Source: Candidatus Hydrogenedentota bacterium (GTDB lineage: Bacteria > Hydrogenedentota > Hydrogenedentia > Hydrogenedentales > SLHB01). From it: DNA of 64,000 bases. This document shows, piece by piece, positions 33,137-43,214 of this stretch (its first letter is position 1; each line of letters opens with the position of its first letter). The position numbers and the translations under genes were made by a program. Location of the stretch: positions 320,001 to 384,000 of the forward strand of contig CAVUWV010000010.1 of the NCBI GenBank assembly GCA_963745075.1, written 5' to 3'. A model generated the notes under the pieces. It ran no database searches, was not told where the DNA came from, and saw nothing but the letters and a program-made list of their open reading frames with translations.

Positions 33137-34165
33137 CTACGCCATCGGCAGGGCAACCGGTTTGCCCTCTTTGCCCGACAGGTCCGCGGCGAAGCAGGCC
33201 TCATGCGTCAGGTACGAATCCGCGACGCTCGTGTGCGATTCCTTGTTCTCGTGAATGCACTCGACCAGATGCGCCACCTCGTGGGTGAACGGATGGTGCG
33301 TCACGTCGCCGCTGTCCGGAAGAATCGTCGGTATCGTGGCCCACCCCGTCTGCCCGGGCATGGTCGCTTTCGAGTACAACTGGTTGTTCTTGATCGTCCC
33401 GAGCGTGCCCACGAGATTGATGTTGAACACGTAGGGCTGAATGCACTCGATGCACGAGGCCACCTTGCCGATGCGGCCATCTTTGAACTTCACCACGGTG
33501 CAGGTCGTGGCGTCATATTCGTACTCTTTGAAATCGGGACCCTTGCCCGACGTGGCGTACTGAAACACCTCGGCGATCTCGCCGCCCATGAAGAAGCGCA
33601 ACGCGTCCATGGCATGGCAACCCGCCGACAAAAGCGAGCTCACACCCACGTCTTTCTTCACGTTCCAGGCGTATTGCTTGTACCAGGGTCCGATGCCGTG
33701 GAAGTAGTCCACTTCGCCCAGGATCAGATCGCCGATGCTCTTGTTGGCAAGCTGCTTCATGATGATGTCGAAGAGGGGATTCCAGCGCAGAACGAAACTC
33801 ACCACCGTCTTCACCTTGGCCTTCGCCACCGCGTCGCGGATCGCACGCGAGTCTTCCAGCGTCGTCGCCATGGCCTTCTCGAGGAGCAGATGCTTGCCGG
33901 CTTCGGCTGCGCCCACCGCCTCGTCCCGGTGTACGTCGGGCGGTGTGGCAATCGCGATGATATCGACCCCTTTTTGATCGAGCATCTTGCCGTAATCCGT
34001 AAAGATGTCGCATTTGATGCCGCACTCGGCGGCTTTGGCCTTCGCGCCATGTTCGGTCCGCGAACACAATGCCACCACCTTGGTGTCGGGGTTCTCGTTA
34101 AAGGCACGAATATGTTCACCCGCCACCCATCCGGTGCCGACGATTCCCACTCCCAATTCAGCCAT
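33137..34165 (-). CDS. Gfo/Idh/MocA-family oxidoreductase
   Basis: 'VGIVGTGWV', 'GKHLLLEKAMA', 'GCHAMD'. Confidence 0.92.
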   Translation of the reverse strand: MAELGVGIVGTGWVAGEHIRAFNENPDTKVVALCSRTEHGAKAKAAECGIKCDIFTDYGKMLDQKGVDIIAIATPPDVHRDEAVGAAEAGKHLLLEKAMATTLEDSRAIRDAVAKAKVKTVVSFVLRWNPLFDIIMKQLANKSIGDLILGEVDYFHGIGPWYKQYAWNVKKDVGVSSLLSAGCHAMDALRFFMGGEIAEVFQYATSGKGPDFKEYEYDATTCTVVKFKDGRIGKVASCIECIQPYVFNINLVGTLGTIKNNQLYSKATMPGQTGWATIPTILPDSGDVTHHPFTHEVAHLVECIHENKESHTSVADSYLTHEACFAADLSGKEGKPVALPMA

Positions 34166-34246
34166 GTCGTTCGTCCTCCCGTCCGTTGCGTGCATCGCGT
34201 TGAGGAAGCGTTAAACCCGCTAACGCGGTGTGACGCGTGTCGTAAC

Positions 34247-34412
34247 AAATCCGAAATCCGAATTTCGAAATCCGAAACAAATTCAAAATTCGAATGACCA
34301 AACGTCAGAAACGGATAACCTTTCGTGGTTCTGCGAACCTCACGGCGTTTCGGAAATTTGAATTTTGGTCATTGGTATTTGTTTCGAATTTCGTGCTTCG
34401 GATTTCGGATTT
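34247..34412. repeat. MITE-like element with inverted AAATCCGAA heptamer-rich arms
   Basis: AAATCCGAAATCCGAATTTCGAAATCCGAAACAAAT ... ATTTGTTTCGAATTTCGTGCTTCGGATTTCGGATTT. Confidence 0.8.
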
Positions 34413-34424
34413 AGCGCGTAGCGC

Positions 34425-35843
34425 TCATCCTTGGTGCCAGTACACGTCCCAGCCCATATACAATTCCAGGGCCTCATACACGGCCCGCGCCACCTGACTG
34501 TGGTTCGCGGCGACGTGGTGTTCAAAGCCGTTATGACAAATGTACTGAAGCAGACCCTGAAGGTTCGGCACCTCCGCCACGCCAAAGCCGCCGAAGGTGT
34601 CGACGGGATCGTCCGTGAACCGGCCCTCGCCCACGTACACCGCAATGCGCCCTTCGGTGTCGAAGGTGCTCGCCCGGCAAAACGTCATGGGCTGCGCCTT
34701 GATGCGCCCGTAGATCGTTCCGTACGTGTTCGCCTTGCCCACGGCGCCCGCGATGATCTCCTGGTACTCCATCTTCGTTTCCGCAAAACAACTCTTCGGC
34801 AGGTTCGAACAATGGAAGCACACGCACTTGTCGGCCTCGTTGCCGTAGTTGTTGTTCCAATCCAGCAGGAAACTCGGCGAACCCGAGGCCAGCGCCAGCG
34901 CGTGCATGCTGACCGTCCCCGCCACATCCGTCTCGCACGCCGACGACGACAACTGGTCGCTCAGCATGCTCATCACCGTGCACGGCACGACCCCGAAAAA
35001 CTCCTCCATGCTCGTCCAGCATTGGATGGCCGTCGCGTCGAGATCGTAGTCCTTCATCCAATCGTTGATCACCGTCGCCAGCTTGGCCATCTTCAGCAAA
35101 GCCTGATCGGGGACGCCCTTCGTGTTCGTATAGCCCTTGATCGCCTGCAGCCGCTTCTTCAGACCGGCATCGCTGTCTTTCATCCGCGCGGCCCGTCCAA
35201 AGACTTCCGACAAATCCAGCGTCTCCACCGTGATACCGGAATCCTGCAACAGCTTCTCGCTGTACCGCACCGTATTGAACGCGGCCGGCCGTGCGCCGAC
35301 CGCGCCGATGCGGCACGAGCGCAACCCCTTCACCACCCGGCAGACGGCGGCGAAGTTGTGAACTTCATCCGCGAACTCGTCCGTGGCTGGGTCCATGGTG
35401 TGCCGCCGCGTGAGTGAAAACGGGATGCCATACTGCCGCAGGTTATTGCAGACACTCATCTTCCCGCAGAACGAGTCGCGCCGGTGCTTGATCGTCATCT
35501 TTTTGGCATCGTCCTGCCACGCATGAATCAACACGGGCACGTCCAGCCCGGCCAACTTCAGCGTGTCGGCCACGCCCCGTTCATCACCGAAGTTGGGCAG
35601 GGTCACGATGACGCCGTCGATCGTTTCCCGGTTCTTCTTGAACAGATCCGCGCACTTCTTGGCGTCGTTCCAAGTCTCCACCGATCCGAACTTGGTGTCA
35701 CCGGGTTTCAGGACGACCACGGAATACCCCAGCTTTTTCAACAGTTTCGTCATGTGCTCGTAGCCGTCGCGGGCGAGCACGTCGGGGAAAAAGCCGCGAT
35801 TTCCAACGATCAGGCCGAAAGTGGTTTTAGCTGTAGCAGGCAT
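34425..35843 (-). CDS. L-fucose/L-arabinose isomerase family protein
   Basis: 'LPNFGDE', 'RRDSFCGKMS', 'AIQCW', 'ACETD', 'FHCSN', 'GFEHH'. Confidence 0.9.
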   Translation of the reverse strand: MPATAKTTFGLIVGNRGFFPDVLARDGYEHMTKLLKKLGYSVVVLKPGDTKFGSVETWNDAKKCADLFKKNRETIDGVIVTLPNFGDERGVADTLKLAGLDVPVLIHAWQDDAKKMTIKHRRDSFCGKMSVCNNLRQYGIPFSLTRRHTMDPATDEFADEVHNFAAVCRVVKGLRSCRIGAVGARPAAFNTVRYSEKLLQDSGITVETLDLSEVFGRAARMKDSDAGLKKRLQAIKGYTNTKGVPDQALLKMAKLATVINDWMKDYDLDATAIQCWTSMEEFFGVVPCTVMSMLSDQLSSSACETDVAGTVSMHALALASGSPSFLLDWNNNYGNEADKCVCFHCSNLPKSCFAETKMEYQEIIAGAVGKANTYGTIYGRIKAQPMTFCRASTFDTEGRIAVYVGEGRFTDDPVDTFGGFGVAEVPNLQGLLQYICHNGFEHHVAANHSQVARAVYEALELYMGWDVYWHQG

Positions 35844-36220
35844 AGTCCGACTCTCCTTCTTTCCGCAGTACACCGTGCGCCCGGATCGGCGCAGCCGCAA
35901 GGCATTGTAACGAGCGATGATGGGGGCCGCAAGCTTTCCTGCGTCTCCGAATTGCCTGGCTTGCGTAGATGTCATATGATAGGGGCGTTCTTGGGCTGCG
36001 GATGGACCGGCCGGCATTTCCCCCGCCGGTATTGTCCCGCCGGCTATCAGCCCCGATGAACGGCTCCTATCGTGTGGGTAGGATGATTGGGGGAACGTTT
36101 TGAACCCATTCGGGGATTGGACAACCAGGTAGCGGGGGTTACAATGGACGCGTGCTCGACGAATGGCCGGATTGCCCGTTTTGACGTCGCCGCTTCGTCG
36201 ATGGGAAGGGGAAACGCGCG

Positions 36221-38584
36221 ATGAAACATTCCCCGGCGCGCAGAACGGTTGTCTCTACTCCCGCAAAAGTCCTCATCGCCATCGGAGCCGTTGTTTTCGG
36301 GCTCTCCTTCTACCCCAACATCGTATTGGGCAACAACTTCGACGGCGACTTCCTGGAATTGGTGGGAACCGCGGCCCTGATCGTCGGCGCCAATTTCGTC
36401 GTGCTCAAACTGACGCAACGGCCGGGGATCACCCGTTTCTTCATCACCGGATCGGTATTGCTGATCTTCGCCCGCTTCCTGGACTTCTCGGAGGAATTTC
36501 CCGGACTCGCCGACCTGCCGGTTCTCGGCGGGCAAGGCCTCGGCCACGAACTTGCCGAGCGCGCCAGCGAGGGCTTCGGCTACACCTGCCTGCTCATCAC
36601 CATGCTCTTCGTTATGTACGAGTTGGCCCGCCTTAACGAAAACGCCGAAGCCGAAAAACTCCGGTTCAAACAACTCTTCGAGGAAAGCCAGTACCTCGCC
36701 CGCCTTATCGAACTGTCTACCGACGCCGTATTCGCGGTCAACGGCGAAGGCCGAATCCAGGTGTGGAATGCCGGCGCGCAACGCTATTTCGGCTACTCGA
36801 GCGACGACGCAAAGAAACGGACCTACCGCGACGTCCTGGTCGGCGGCATCGAAGACGCCGGAGAGAATCTGGTCCAGTTCGTCGAACAGAAAGGACCGCA
36901 GGAAGAAGTCGAGGTCATGGCCAAGCGCGACGACGGAAGCCACTTCGCGGCCGGCGCCAGTTTCGCTCCCGTGACGAACGAGCAAGGGGGGGTCGTCGGC
37001 GCCTGTATCATCGTGCGCAGTATCGAAAAACGCAAGCGGGTCGAACAGGAACTGCTTGCCTCGCGCAATCTCCTGTCCCGGGCCTTGCAATCCGCCGACG
37101 TGGGCCTCTTTATCGTCGGTCGCGACGGCGAACTGCTCGAATTCAACGCGCGCATGCAGGTCATCACCGGCCTGTCCGACGAAGAACTCCAACACATGAC
37201 CCTCGCAACCGCCATGCAGAAGATCCTGCTCAATGCCGACACCGTCTTGTCCGGCGTGCAGGATCGCGTGCTCCAACAAGGCAAACACGCCGAATTCCGT
37301 AACATCGTCGTCCACCGCGGAGACGGCGAAACGCGCGTGTGCAACGGCGCCGTCGCCCCCGTCTCGGACGAGACCGGCGCGGTCGTCGCCGCGGCCGGTG
37401 TCGTCGTGGACGTGACGGATCGCGAAGCCCTCCAGGCCAAATTGCTCGAAGTGCAGAAAATGGACAGCATCAGCCGTCTTGCCGGCGGCATCGCTCACGA
37501 CTTCAACAACATCATGGCCGGCGTGTTGGGCTACGCGACGCTCGTGCGCGAAGAACTCGGTGCGGATTCCCCCCACTACCGTCGCATGGTGGCCATCGAG
37601 GATTCCGCTTTGCGCGCGTCAGAACTCACCAATCAACTGCTGACCTTTGCCCAGGCCGGCGCACGCAATATGGAAACCATTTCGCTTAACACCATCGTCG
37701 GCGAAACGGTTAACCTCCTCTCGCACACCCTCGATCCGAACGTGCACCTTACGTTTGACGCGACCCCCAACCTCGATCTGGTGGAAGCCGACCGGACCCA
37801 GATCCATCAAATCGTCATGAACCTCTGCCTTAACTCCCGCGACGCCATGGTGGACGGGGCCGGCGACATCCGGCTTTCCACCGCAAACGTCACCGTGGAC
37901 GACGCCCTGGCCGAAGCGGTGCATCTTCCGACGCGCGGGGATTTCGTGCGGCTCACCGTCGAAGACACCGGATGCGGCATGCCGCCGGAAGTCGCGCAGC
38001 GCATGTTCGATCCCTTCTTCTCGACAAAACAGCAGGGCCGGGCTATCGGCATGGGCCTCTCCGTCGTATACGGGATCATCCAAAGCCACGGCGGCGGTCT
38101 TCGCGTCGAGTCGGAAGAAGGGAAAGGCACTCGCATCGAAGTCTACCTGCCATCTGTGGGTGAGCAGGCCCGGGCCGAGACCGCCTCCTCCCCGGTGGAA
38201 CGCAAGGTCGAGAAACGCGACGGCCTCATCCTCGTGGTCGACGACGAGAAACTCTTGCGCACCCTGCTTCAGGATATCCTCGGGATGGCGGGCTACGACG
38301 TCATCGAGGCCAGCACCGGCGAAGAAGCGCTCGAGATTTACGAGCAACGCAAAGACGAGATCACGGTCATCATCCTGGACATCGTCATGCCCGGCATGGG
38401 CGGCGCAAAGACCCTCGAACTCCTCACCCAGATCGATCCCGACATCCGCTGCATCGTTTCCAGCGGCTACGGCAGCGAAGCCCTCGACGCCAGCCTGCTC
38501 AACCGCGAAAACATCCGTTTCCTGGCGAAACCGTTCCAATCCACCGTCGTCATGGATACCGTCCGCGAACTCATGGCCAACTAG
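36221..38584 (+). CDS. Membrane-anchored hybrid histidine kinase (TM + 2 PAS + HisKA + HATPase + REC)
   Basis: Four N-terminal hydrophobic segments; '[11 protein letters not shown]', 'FDPFFSTK', 'ILDIVMP'. Confidence 0.93.
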   Translation: MKHSPARRTVVSTPAKVLIAIGAVVFGLSFYPNIVLGNNFDGDFLELVGTAALIVGANFVVLKLTQRPGITRFFITGSVLLIFARFLDFSEEFPGLADLPVLGGQGLGHELAERASEGFGYTCLLITMLFVMYELARLNENAEAEKLRFKQLFEESQYLARLIELSTDAVFAVNGEGRIQVWNAGAQRYFGYSSDDAKKRTYRDVLVGGIEDAGENLVQFVEQKGPQEEVEVMAKRDDGSHFAAGASFAPVTNEQGGVVGACIIVRSIEKRKRVEQELLASRNLLSRALQSADVGLFIVGRDGELLEFNARMQVITGLSDEELQHMTLATAMQKILLNADTVLSGVQDRVLQQGKHAEFRNIVVHRGDGETRVCNGAVAPVSDETGAVVAAAGVVVDVTDREALQAKLLEVQKMDSISRLAGGIAHDFNNIMAGVLGYATLVREELGADSPHYRRMVAIEDSALRASELTNQLLTFAQAGARNMETISLNTIVGETVNLLSHTLDPNVHLTFDATPNLDLVEADRTQIHQIVMNLCLNSRDAMVDGAGDIRLSTANVTVDDALAEAVHLPTRGDFVRLTVEDTGCGMPPEVAQRMFDPFFSTKQQGRAIGMGLSVVYGIIQSHGGGLRVESEEGKGTRIEVYLPSVGEQARAETASSPVERKVEKRDGLILVVDDEKLLRTLLQDILGMAGYDVIEASTGEEALEIYEQRKDEITVIILDIVMPGMGGAKTLELLTQIDPDIRCIVSSGYGSEALDASLLNRENIRFLAKPFQSTVVMDTVRELMAN

Positions 38585-38832
38585 CGGCTGAAGTCCAGTG
38601 GCGCACGCGCCTCGCTATCGGCCAATACCGAATGTCGGATCGGACGGATGGGTCCGATCCGTCCGATCCTCGGGAAACTAGGTACACGCCCCGTCACCGC
38701 ATCTCCCTCCCCAGCCCCCCAGCCTCCATGTAGCACAGCCCTGCCTCATGAATCGCCCAGTCATTGAGCCTCGCGCGTGGGTATGGCAGAATCGATGCTC
38801 ACGCACTGAGTCCACGTAGATCCGGAGTCGCC

Positions 38833-39861
38833 ATGCAGGCAACCATCGACTCAACCGAATCCCTCGACGAACTCCTCAGCCGTCCGGACGAGGCGCTCGT
38901 TGACTTCTTCCGCACGCTGAGCGGCAACATCGTCATCCTCGGCGTCGGCGGCAAGATGGGGCCTACCCTGGCGCGTATGGCCGCCCGCGCGACGGAATCT
39001 TCCGGCGCCTCCCGGCGAATTACCGGTGTCTCGACCTTCTCACAAGCCGGTCTTCGCGAAACGCTGCAATTCTCCGGCGTTGAAACTCATCGCGCCGATC
39101 TCCTCGCGCCCGGCGCCGTCGCCGATCTCCCCGACGCCGAAAACGTGATCTATATGGTCGGCCGGAAATTCGGCTCCACCGGCGCCGAGTGGAATACGTG
39201 GGCGACCAACGTGTTGGCGGCCGCCCGCGTGGCCGAACGGTATTCGTCGTCGCGCATCGTCGCTTTCTCCTCAGGCAACGTCTATCCCTTCGTGCCCGTG
39301 GATTCCGGCGGCGCGACGGAAGCGACACGCCCCGATCCCGTCGGCGAATATGCCATGTCCTGCCTCGGGCGTGAACGCATGTTCGACTACTTCTCCAACG
39401 AACGCGGCGCGCGCGTCGCGCAGTACCGTCTCAATTACGCGGTCGAATTCCGGTACGGCATCGTACTCGACGTGGCCGCACGCATTCTCAACGGGGACTC
39501 CGTTGATGTGACCACCGGCTACGTCAACGTCGTCTGGCAACGCTACGCCAATTCCGTCGCGTTGCGTTGTCTCGAACGCGCCGCGTCACCACCCGCCGTA
39601 TTGAACGTGACCGGACCCGAAACGGTGTCCATTCGCGAACTCGCGACCCGCCTCGGCAACCGTATGGATCGTTCGGTGACGTTCACCGGTGAGGAGGCGC
39701 CCACCGCGCTGCTCAGCAATGCCGCGCGGTGCCACGATCTCTTCGGTCCGCCCGATGTGGATGTGAACACGATCGCAGATTGGGTCGCGGACTGGCTCAC
39801 GCGCGGCGGGGCTACGCTCGGAAAGCCCACCCACTTCGAAACACGCGACGGGAAGTTCTAG
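38833..39861 (+). CDS. NAD-dependent epimerase/dehydratase family protein
   Basis: 'ILGVGGKMGPTLA', 'FSSGNVY', 'GEYAMSCLGRER'. Confidence 0.85.
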   Translation: MQATIDSTESLDELLSRPDEALVDFFRTLSGNIVILGVGGKMGPTLARMAARATESSGASRRITGVSTFSQAGLRETLQFSGVETHRADLLAPGAVADLPDAENVIYMVGRKFGSTGAEWNTWATNVLAAARVAERYSSSRIVAFSSGNVYPFVPVDSGGATEATRPDPVGEYAMSCLGRERMFDYFSNERGARVAQYRLNYAVEFRYGIVLDVAARILNGDSVDVTTGYVNVVWQRYANSVALRCLERAASPPAVLNVTGPETVSIRELATRLGNRMDRSVTFTGEEAPTALLSNAARCHDLFGPPDVDVNTIADWVADWLTRGGATLGKPTHFETRDGKF

Positions 39862-39863
39862 CC

Positions 39864-40940
39864 ATGGCGAAATACCCGAAACTTTCACCGGCTGTTGCAC
39901 GGCGCATCCGCTCCGGATTGGTCATCCCGGCCCATCCGCTGGCGCTCACGCGCGCGGGCAGATTCGACGAACGTCACCAGCGCGCCCTCACGCGATACTA
40001 CTGCCACGCCGGCTCGGGCGGCATCGCCGTCGGCGTCCACACCACTCAATTCGCCATACGCGATCGCAACGTGGACCTTTTCAAACCCATTCTGCAACTC
40101 GCCGCCGAAACCGTCGACGAGTACGTGGCGAAAACCCGTCGGCCTGTCGTCAAGGTCGGCGGCATCTGCGGGAAGACGCGACAGGCCGTTCGGGAAGCGG
40201 CGTTTCTGCGCGAAACCGGTTACGACGCTGGTCTGCTCAGTCTTGCGGCGTTGTCGAAATCGACAGTCCCGAAATTGGTCAAACACTGCCAAACTGTCGC
40301 GCGCCAGATACCCATCATGGGTTTTTATCTGCAACCCGCAGTCGGCGGCCGCGTCCTGCCGGTCGAGTTCTGGCGGCACTTTGCCGAGATCGAAAACGTC
40401 ATCGCCATCAAGATGGCTCCCTTCAACCGCTACCAGACCCTCGTCGTGGTGCGTGCCGTCGCCGAATGCGGGCGCGCCTCCGACATCGCGCTGTACACCG
40501 GCAACGACGACAACATCGTCGTCGATCTGTTGACGACCTATCGCATCGCCATCGGCAAGAAGCGGGTTTCGCTTCGGATCGTGGGCGGGCTGCTCGGCCA
40601 TTGGGCTTGCTGGACACGCAAGGCCGTCGAACTGCTCGACGAATGTCACCGCGTCGTCAAAAAGGGCGGCGACGTCCCGGCGTCGTTGCTCACGCGTGCC
40701 ATCGAAGTTACCGACAGCAACGCGGCCTTCTTCGACGTGGCCAACGCGTTTCACGGCTGCATCGCGGGCATTCACGAGGTCTTGATGCGGCAAGGGCTCC
40801 TCGCGAGCCGCCGTTGCCTCGATCCCAGAGAAGGACTGTCCCGCGGCCAACGCGAAGAAATCGATCGCGTCTACGGCGCTTATCCCCATCTCAACGACGA
40901 CGCCTTCGTCGCCGAACATCTGGATAACTGGTTGGATTAA
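39864..40940 (+). CDS. Dihydrodipicolinate synthase-like (class I aldolase) family protein
   Basis: 'GIAVGVHTTQF', 'FYLQPAVGG', 'IAIKMAPFNRY', 'LYTGNDD'. Confidence 0.85.
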   Translation: MAKYPKLSPAVARRIRSGLVIPAHPLALTRAGRFDERHQRALTRYYCHAGSGGIAVGVHTTQFAIRDRNVDLFKPILQLAAETVDEYVAKTRRPVVKVGGICGKTRQAVREAAFLRETGYDAGLLSLAALSKSTVPKLVKHCQTVARQIPIMGFYLQPAVGGRVLPVEFWRHFAEIENVIAIKMAPFNRYQTLVVVRAVAECGRASDIALYTGNDDNIVVDLLTTYRIAIGKKRVSLRIVGGLLGHWACWTRKAVELLDECHRVVKKGGDVPASLLTRAIEVTDSNAAFFDVANAFHGCIAGIHEVLMRQGLLASRRCLDPREGLSRGQREEIDRVYGAYPHLNDDAFVAEHLDNWLD

Positions 40941-40963
40941 CGAGACCGAATGGGAGAAGCCTT

Positions 40964-41758
40964 GTGCGTTTTGCATTCCTCACCGACGAATTGAGCCAGG
41001 AACCGCGGGAAGCAATTGAAATCGCCCTCGAATGGGGCGTCCGCGACTTCGAGATTCGCAATATCCGGGGGAAGCGCTTCCCGCGCGTGCCCCTCCCGGT
41101 GCTGGACGAACTCGTCGATCTCCAGGACGAATTCGATGTCCAATACACCGCCGTCTCGCCCGGCTTCTTCAAGACCCGGATCGACGACGAACCGCACCTC
41201 GCCTACGCCACCGGCGACGGTCTCCGCATCGCCATGGATTTCATGGACGCCTGCGGTATTCCGCTCGTGATATGTTTCGGATTCGAGGCGACGCCCGGCA
41301 CGGACAAAGAAGCCGTCGCGCGCCTGGGCGCCTTCGCCGATCGGATCGCCGACCGGGGCTTCCACGCCGCGGTCGAGAATGAAACCCACTGCAAGTTCAA
41401 CACGCCCGATCGCATCGCGTCCTTGCTGCAGCAATGCGATCGCATCAACCTCGGCGCCAACTGGGATCTCGCCAATCTCAAACAAACCGCGAAGCAGGGT
41501 TTTCCCGACGGCTACGAAACGGTCAAACCGTACATCCGCAACGTCCACGCGAAAGACGTTGTCGTCCTCTCCAACGGAACCACCGAATGGCGGCCCATTG
41601 GCGAAGGCGAATGCGACTGGGCCGGCCAGATGCGCGCCCTCATCCAGGACGAACTCGTCGAACACGTCACCATCGAAAACCACTGCGGCCCGCCCAAGAA
41701 AGTCGGTCACCACAATCTCCAAATCCTCAAACGCTATGTCGAAAGTATGGAAGGATAA
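40964..41758 (+). CDS. Sugar phosphate isomerase/epimerase (AP-endonuclease-2 TIM barrel)
   Basis: 'FLTDELSQ', 'VENE', 'NWD.AN', 'VHAKD', 'TIENH'. Confidence 0.85.
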   Translation: MRFAFLTDELSQEPREAIEIALEWGVRDFEIRNIRGKRFPRVPLPVLDELVDLQDEFDVQYTAVSPGFFKTRIDDEPHLAYATGDGLRIAMDFMDACGIPLVICFGFEATPGTDKEAVARLGAFADRIADRGFHAAVENETHCKFNTPDRIASLLQQCDRINLGANWDLANLKQTAKQGFPDGYETVKPYIRNVHAKDVVVLSNGTTEWRPIGEGECDWAGQMRALIQDELVEHVTIENHCGPPKKVGHHNLQILKRYVESMEG

Positions 41759-41895
41759 CGGGTGAGAGCAGTATCGCGCGGTGCACGAGATCCATTGGTA
41801 GACGCTCGCGAAGCGAGCCGCCGAAGTCTTTTGGAAGGGCGTCCAGGGGGGAACCTTTTCCTCAGAAACGGTTCCCCCCTGGTTTTTTCACGCAA

Positions 41896-42444
41896 ATGAT
41901 TCGCGTCATCGCAGGCTCGGCGCGGGGGATCCGGCTCCAAACCGCCGAAGGCCGGCGCGTACGCCCGACACTCGACCGCGTCCGCGAAGCCTGCTTCAGT
42001 ATCCTCACGCCCCGGCTTGAAGGAGCGCGTTTCGCCGATCTCTTTGCCGGCAGTGGCGCCAACGGTATCGAAGCCCTCAGCCGTGGCGCAGCATATTGTG
42101 CCTTCGTCGACAACGACCGCCGCTCCCTCGACCTTGTGGAACAAAACCTCGATAAGACCCGCCTCGATGCCAAGGGTACGTGCCACCGCTTCGCCCTGCC
42201 ACAAGGGATGGCACAACTACGGACCCGGAAATCCCCCTTCGACCTGGTTTACGCCGATCCCCCCTTCGACTTCACGGCCTACGACCAGCTCCTTTCGGGC
42301 CTCGCAGCCGAGAATCTCCTCGCACCGCAAGGTCTTGTCATTATTGAACATGCAACCGACGCAACCGTTCCGGAAACGGTCGATCCCCTGACCCGCACCC
42401 GCCAGGCAACCTACGGAAACGTGACCCTCTCCTTTTTCTCTTGA
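41896..42444 (+). CDS. rsmD: 16S rRNA (guanine966-N2)-methyltransferase
   Basis: 'MIRVIAGSARG', 'RPTLDRVREACF', 'DLFAGSG', 'DPPF'. Confidence 0.95.
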   Translation: MIRVIAGSARGIRLQTAEGRRVRPTLDRVREACFSILTPRLEGARFADLFAGSGANGIEALSRGAAYCAFVDNDRRSLDLVEQNLDKTRLDAKGTCHRFALPQGMAQLRTRKSPFDLVYADPPFDFTAYDQLLSGLAAENLLAPQGLVIIEHATDATVPETVDPLTRTRQATYGNVTLSFFS

Positions 42445-42492
42445 CGCATTATGTTGTATGTGTTAAATTGCTCTTGACACAATATATAGGTG
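42444..42492 (+). promoter_or_regulatory. Tandem NrdR boxes
   Basis: ACACAATATATAGGTG (42477-42492) fits acaCwAtATaTwG; weaker ACGCATTATGTTGTAT starts 33 bp upstream; they overlap TTGACG-17-TAAATT. Confidence 0.7.
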
Positions 42493-42556
42493 TGTCAACG
42501 GTTTTGCCGAAATCCACTTGTGGTCGGCCCGACAAAACATAGGATTTGTATTGCCA

Positions 42557-43006
42557 ATGCGTTGTCCCTTCTGCGCGTTCCTCGAAAGCAAAGTGGTCGA
42601 CTCCAGATCCTCAAAAGAAGGCGATTCCATTCGCCGCCGGCGCGAATGCCTGAAATGCGCGCGCCGTTACACCACCTACGAACGCATTGAAGAAGTCGCG
42701 CAGATGGTGATCAAGAAAGACGGCCGCCGCGAACCCTTCGACCGCTGGAAAATCAAGAGCGGCATCCTCAAAGCCGTGGAGAAACGCCCGGTCGGGCTGG
42801 AACAAGTCGAAGCGCTCATCGACGACGTTGAGCGCAGCCTCTTCAACTCCACCGAACACGAAGTCTCCACCGACGCCATCGGTCTCGCGGTCATGGAGAA
42901 GCTGAAAGATCTCGACGAAGTCGCCTACGTCCGGTTCGCATCCGTGTACCGCCAATTCAAAGATCTCAACGAGTTCATGAACGAGCTGAAAACTCTCCTC
43001 ACCTGA
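42557..43006 (+). CDS. nrdR: Transcriptional repressor NrdR
   Basis: 'MRCPFC...SKVVDSR...[16 protein letters not shown]', ATP cone, '[13 protein letters not shown]'. Confidence 0.97.
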   Translation: MRCPFCAFLESKVVDSRSSKEGDSIRRRRECLKCARRYTTYERIEEVAQMVIKKDGRREPFDRWKIKSGILKAVEKRPVGLEQVEALIDDVERSLFNSTEHEVSTDAIGLAVMEKLKDLDEVAYVRFASVYRQFKDLNEFMNELKTLLT

Positions 43007-43070
43007 ATACCAGCGCCCCGACTCCCGTTGAAGCCTGCATCCTCCCGGGCTTCAACCGTGCAACAAACCG

Positions 43071-43162
43071 CCCCTCCCCCTCCCCCTCCCCCTCCCCCTC
43101 GTAATCGGGATCGGGATCGATCGGGATCGGGATCGGGATCGGGATCGCAATCGGGATCGGAT
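43071..43162. repeat. Simple repeats (CCCCCT)n then (ATCGGG)n between convergent genes
   Basis: Directly visible tandem hexamers. Confidence 0.85.
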
Positions 43163-43214
43163 TACACCAAACGGAAGGAAAGAATCGCGCGCAGACGAGC
43201 ACCCAGAACGCGCG

